Shown here: positions 61,162 to 64,000 of the stretch, one piece after another
Position numbering within the stretch: the first letter of the stretch is position 1
Layout of the letters: the number at the start of each line of letters is the position of its first letter
DNA from: an uncultured delta proteobacterium
Lineage (GTDB): Bacteria > Desulfobacterota > Binatia > Binatales > Binataceae
Length of the DNA: 64,000 nucleotides
Reading direction: 5' to 3'
Assembly (NCBI GenBank): GCA_963794325.1
Contig: CAWCDG010000004.1
Coordinates: 736,001 to 800,000, forward strand
Made by a program: the position numbers and the translations under genes
Notes under the pieces: model-generated
The model's input: the letters and a program-made list of their open reading frames with translations, nothing else
What the model was told of the DNA's origin: nothing
Database searches by the model: none

Positions 61162-61677
61162 ATGCCCAAGCTGCGCGACATACTGAAGCCGCGGCCGCGA
61201 ATCCTGTTCGTCGGCATCAATCCAAGTATTCGCTCGGAGCAAATGGGGCATCACTTTGCGAGCCCCGGCAATCCGTTCTGGCGACTGCTGTATGCGGCGC
61301 GGCTCGTGCCCGAGGAACTTACCAGCGAGCGCGACGCGCGCCTGATCGAGTTCGATCTGGCGTTGACCAGTCTCTGCCCGCGCGCGACCCGGTCGGCTGC
61401 GGAGTTGACCACCGCTGAAATGATCGCGGGACGAGAAGCGCTCGCACGAAGGATTCGACGGGTGCGTCCGCGCGTGGTCGCATTCGTGGGAGTGAGCATC
61501 TACCGGCGATTTTTTGGAGTCGCGCAAGGCGACGGTGCGGGTCCCAAGAAGGAGCAAATATTCGGCGCGCGCGTTTTCGTGTTGCCGAATCCCAGCGGCC
61601 TGAATGCGAGCTACCCAGGATTCAAGCACAAGTTGATATGGTTCGAGCGCCTGCGTAAGTTCTCCGAGAATCTGTGA
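61162..61677 (+). CDS. mug: G/U mismatch-specific DNA glycosylase
   Basis: FVGINP, HHFASPGNPFW, LPNPSGLN. Confidence 0.88.
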   Translation: MPKLRDILKPRPRILFVGINPSIRSEQMGHHFASPGNPFWRLLYAARLVPEELTSERDARLIEFDLALTSLCPRATRSAAELTTAEMIAGREALARRIRRVRPRVVAFVGVSIYRRFFGVAQGDGAGPKKEQIFGARVFVLPNPSGLNASYPGFKHKLIWFERLRKFSENL

Positions 61678-61694
61678 GTTCTCTTGCAGTCCAA

Positions 61695-61768
61695 GTGGCA
61701 CAGGCTTCAGCCTGTGATTCTTTCCTGGATTTATGGACTAGAAAATCACAGGCTAAAGCCTGTGCCAC
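61695..61768. repeat. REP doublet (REPIN-like)
   Basis: GTGGCACAGGCTTCAGCCTGTGATT ... AATCACAGGCTAAAGCCTGTGCCAC, a 25-bp inverted repeat of internally palindromic units. Confidence 0.85.
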
Positions 61769-61820
61769 CAAAATCAATAACCTGAGAGCAAAATGGCGTC
61801 CTCGCCATTTTGCGATTAAT

Positions 61821-61877
61821 ACTGGGTGCAGGGGTCACCCCTGCCGAAGGAGGTGTGGAACCCACCGCGGGTTCCAC
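61821..61877 (-). repeat. Double-hairpin 3' repeat, copy 4
   Basis: Reverse complement GTGGAACCC/GGGTTCCAC plus GCAGGGGTGACCCCTGCACCCAGT. Confidence 0.85.
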
Positions 61878-61916
61878 ATTCAATAAAGTGATTTCCCCTT
61901 CCCTCGCGTCAGCCCC

Positions 61917-61954
61917 TTCCTGCCGCTCGCATTGCTCGCTTCGTCAGGATGACA
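61917..61954 (-). repeat. TGTCATCCTGACGAAGCGAGC-type repeat overlapping the ABC-F stop
   Basis: 37/38 identical to 19173-19210. Confidence 0.85.
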
Positions 61955-63446
61955 CGCAGACTCTCCCCGCATCCAGCCGCCACTCGATACTCGTGCATCT
62001 GCGCGCCAGCGCATCGTCGTGCGTCACGATCACCATCGCGCCCGGATATTCGACCAGCGCTTCCTCGAGACGTTCGATCGCCGGCATGTCCAGATGATTG
62101 GTCGGCTCGTCGAGCACCATCGCCCACACCTGGCGCCCAAGCCCATAGGCCATCGCGAGTTTGCGCGCTTCGCCGGGACTTGGCGCTGCGGATTCGAGCA
62201 GCCGATCAGGATCGATTCCCAGCGCGGCGACAAGTGTGAGCACGTGGCCGCGTTCATGCGGATTCAGTTCGCGGACCGCATCGAGCATCGCGACACCGTC
62301 GCGAGCGGTCAGTTCCTGGGGCAGATACAGAATGCGCTCCGCCGCGACACGCGCCCCGCGGATCATCGCGGCCAGCAAGGTAGTCTTGCCGATTCCATTG
62401 GGACCGGCGACGCGAATCTTCGCGTCTCGCAACACTGCTAGGTGGACCTCTTCGAGAATTCGCGCGTCGCCCGCGTAAATCGCAGCCTCGTCGAGCGTGA
62501 AAACCTTGGCCACCGCCGCCGCCACGTAATCGACGAAAATTGAGCGGCCCTTTGCCTTGCGGAATTTGTACTCGCCGATCTTTTCCGACACCCGATCGAC
62601 GCTCGCCCGCAGCACCGCCGCGTCGCGCGAGATTCTCTCCGACGCCATCCGCGCCTTGCCCTTGGCGAGCATACTGGTCGCGTCATGATCGCCGCGAAAC
62701 TTCATCCGCTTGCGGGTACCGGCATTTGCCTCCGCTTCCGCTGACACCGCGAGCCGCCGCTTGTCCGCGAGCCTGTGTGCGAGATTCTCCCGCTGATGCT
62801 TCAGCCGTTCGTATTCCGCATAGCGCTCGCGCTCCTCGGCCTCCCACGCGCACTTCGCGTCGGAGTAGCCGCCGCGCCAGATCCGCGCCGTTCCGTCATG
62901 CACGCGCACGGTGTATCGCATGATCCGATCGAGCAGCGCGCGATCGTGCGACACTATGATGCCGACGCCGCGAAAGCGCTCGAGGCCCTCGATCAACAGG
63001 TCGCGCGCCTCGACATCAAGATGGTCGGTCGGCTCATCGAGCATCAGCACCGCGGGCTCGGCTCCCAGGGCCGCGCCGACTTGCCATCGCTTGCGCTCCC
63101 CAGGCGACAACGTCGGCCATCGCTCCAGTGAGAAACCGTCGAGCCGCAACTCGCCGTGGATTCGCCGCGCGACGCCATCGGTCGCGCGCGCGAACGCCGC
63201 AATCTCAGGCGTCATCGCTTCGACCGTCTGCGCGCACGCACGAATCACTCCGCGCGGCGGATCGAGATTGACGTGACCGGCCGACGGCTCGAGCTCGCCT
63301 GCGATCAGTCGCAGCAACGTAGTCTTGCCCGCACCGTTGGGCCCGACCACTCCCGTCCATCCGGATGCGAGCGTGAGCGTGACGTCGTTAAGCGTGGAAA
63401 CCGAATCGGTATATGAAAAAGAGAGACCTGAAAGTCGCACGAACAT
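61944..63446 (-). CDS. ABC-F family ATPase (two NBDs, no TM)
   Basis: [21 protein letters not shown] and [20 protein letters not shown] with a charged helical linker. Confidence 0.92.
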   Translation of the reverse strand: MFVRLSGLSFSYTDSVSTLNDVTLTLASGWTGVVGPNGAGKTTLLRLIAGELEPSAGHVNLDPPRGVIRACAQTVEAMTPEIAAFARATDGVARRIHGELRLDGFSLERWPTLSPGERKRWQVGAALGAEPAVLMLDEPTDHLDVEARDLLIEGLERFRGVGIIVSHDRALLDRIMRYTVRVHDGTARIWRGGYSDAKCAWEAEERERYAEYERLKHQRENLAHRLADKRRLAVSAEAEANAGTRKRMKFRGDHDATSMLAKGKARMASERISRDAAVLRASVDRVSEKIGEYKFRKAKGRSIFVDYVAAAVAKVFTLDEAAIYAGDARILEEVHLAVLRDAKIRVAGPNGIGKTTLLAAMIRGARVAAERILYLPQELTARDGVAMLDAVRELNPHERGHVLTLVAALGIDPDRLLESAAPSPGEARKLAMAYGLGRQVWAMVLDEPTNHLDMPAIERLEEALVEYPGAMVIVTHDDALARRCTSIEWRLDAGRVCVSS

Positions 63447-63448
63447 AA

Positions 63449-63551
63449 TAGCTGCTCCACAAAAACGCCCGCGCGCCGAAAAATTCGCACGAGCTGTTGT
63501 CCGAAGACACCAACGATGGAGTAGCTACTTCCGCACGCCTTCAATCTCTCC
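63449..63551 (-). promoter_or_regulatory. Putative ribosome-mediated attenuator leader with a 3-codon uORF
   Basis: GGAGAG then GTG-CGG-AAG-TAG (63536-63525), an anti-SD helix, a UUCG hairpin and a terminator-like stem before the ABC-F RBS. Confidence 0.6.
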
Positions 63552-63665
63552 TGTTCTGGAATGTAGTTGAAACTATCTGCACGACCGGCGCGAATCAATC
63601 ACCGCCAGCTACGCTGATCCGCAATAGAATCGATTGTGACGGGAAGGGATTAGCGGAGAGGTTCG

Positions 63666-64000
63666 TCATTTCGCGCTCCCGGTCTGAGTCGCCTCCGGAT
63701 TCGGAGCAATCTCCGGTTCCTTCACGCAACTCTGTATCTCACTCTGCGCCTGGTCCGTGTCCACCGGGTTGAGATGCGGGACTCCCGTCAGCCAGCCCCA
63801 TCCAAGTTCTTCCCTGACGTAGTACGAGCGCCGCTCGGTGTCGAATTCGACTTCGTCGGTCTGGTCCGTCGTCATGCTGCAAACGACCTTCTGCCCGGCT
63901 GGAACGATGAACGCATGATAGCCGCCCGGACCGATTCGCGCGGTGTCCTCGCCGCAGGTTACCGCCGGACGAAGCGCCGACGATCCATAACTGTACGGCC
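63666..64000 (-). CDS. DUF2846-like (lipo)protein, 5' end outside the window
   Basis: Open frame from the window edge: PYSYGSSALRPAV..IGPGGY..YYVREELGWG..PHLNPV..AQSEIQSC. Confidence 0.65.
   Translation of the reverse strand, partial: PYSYGSSALRPAVTCGEDTARIGPGGYHAFIVPAGQKVVCSMTTDQTDEVEFDTERRSYYVREELGWGWLTGVPHLNPVDTDQAQSEIQSCVKEPEIAPNPEATQTGSAK

Noticed and set aside
7473-61677. PolB, HNH, VapBC and Mug as one defence or mobile island
   Set aside because: They are scattered over 50 kb among housekeeping genes, with no shared boundaries.

Overview
A GC-rich bacterial chromosomal window with about 55 real CDS. Gene content resembles Candidatus Binatota/deltaproteobacteria-like soil bacteria (inference from memory, not a database hit). 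No rRNA, tRNA, CRISPR array, prophage or intact transposase was seen. Core and metabolic genes include a Btu/Fec-type ABC importer, a fused ETF beta-alpha gene, a separate etfBA pair, a FadF/EMO-type membrane Fe-S oxidoreductase, a family-B DNA polymerase, an RpoD-type sigma with unusual region 2.4 and C-terminal residues, a sulfatase, two epoxide-hydrolase paralogs, an ECF sigma/anti-sigma with a metallophosphoesterase-CuA operon, mdtABC with TetR, AsmA, VapBC, Mug and an ABC-F. Most interesting observations: (1) three paralogous proline-punctuated amphipathic-helix proteins linked to a single-pass coiled-coil membrane protein (20259-23649), the best candidate for an undescribed system; (2) tandem secreted fibre-like paralogs, one with an in-frame C-terminal motif behind its stop; (3) a 396-bp IS1-like mini-element with TIRs, an 8-bp TSD and a passenger gene; (4) a duplicated 83-bp back-to-back ECF promoter cassette bracketing an HTH gene; (5) a DUF1329-like protein with CxxCH; (6) a covarying double-hairpin 3' repeat family; (7) a uORF attenuator ahead of the ABC-F. 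Four apparent 1-nt frameshifts are probably assembly errors. All family calls come from motif recognition by eye.
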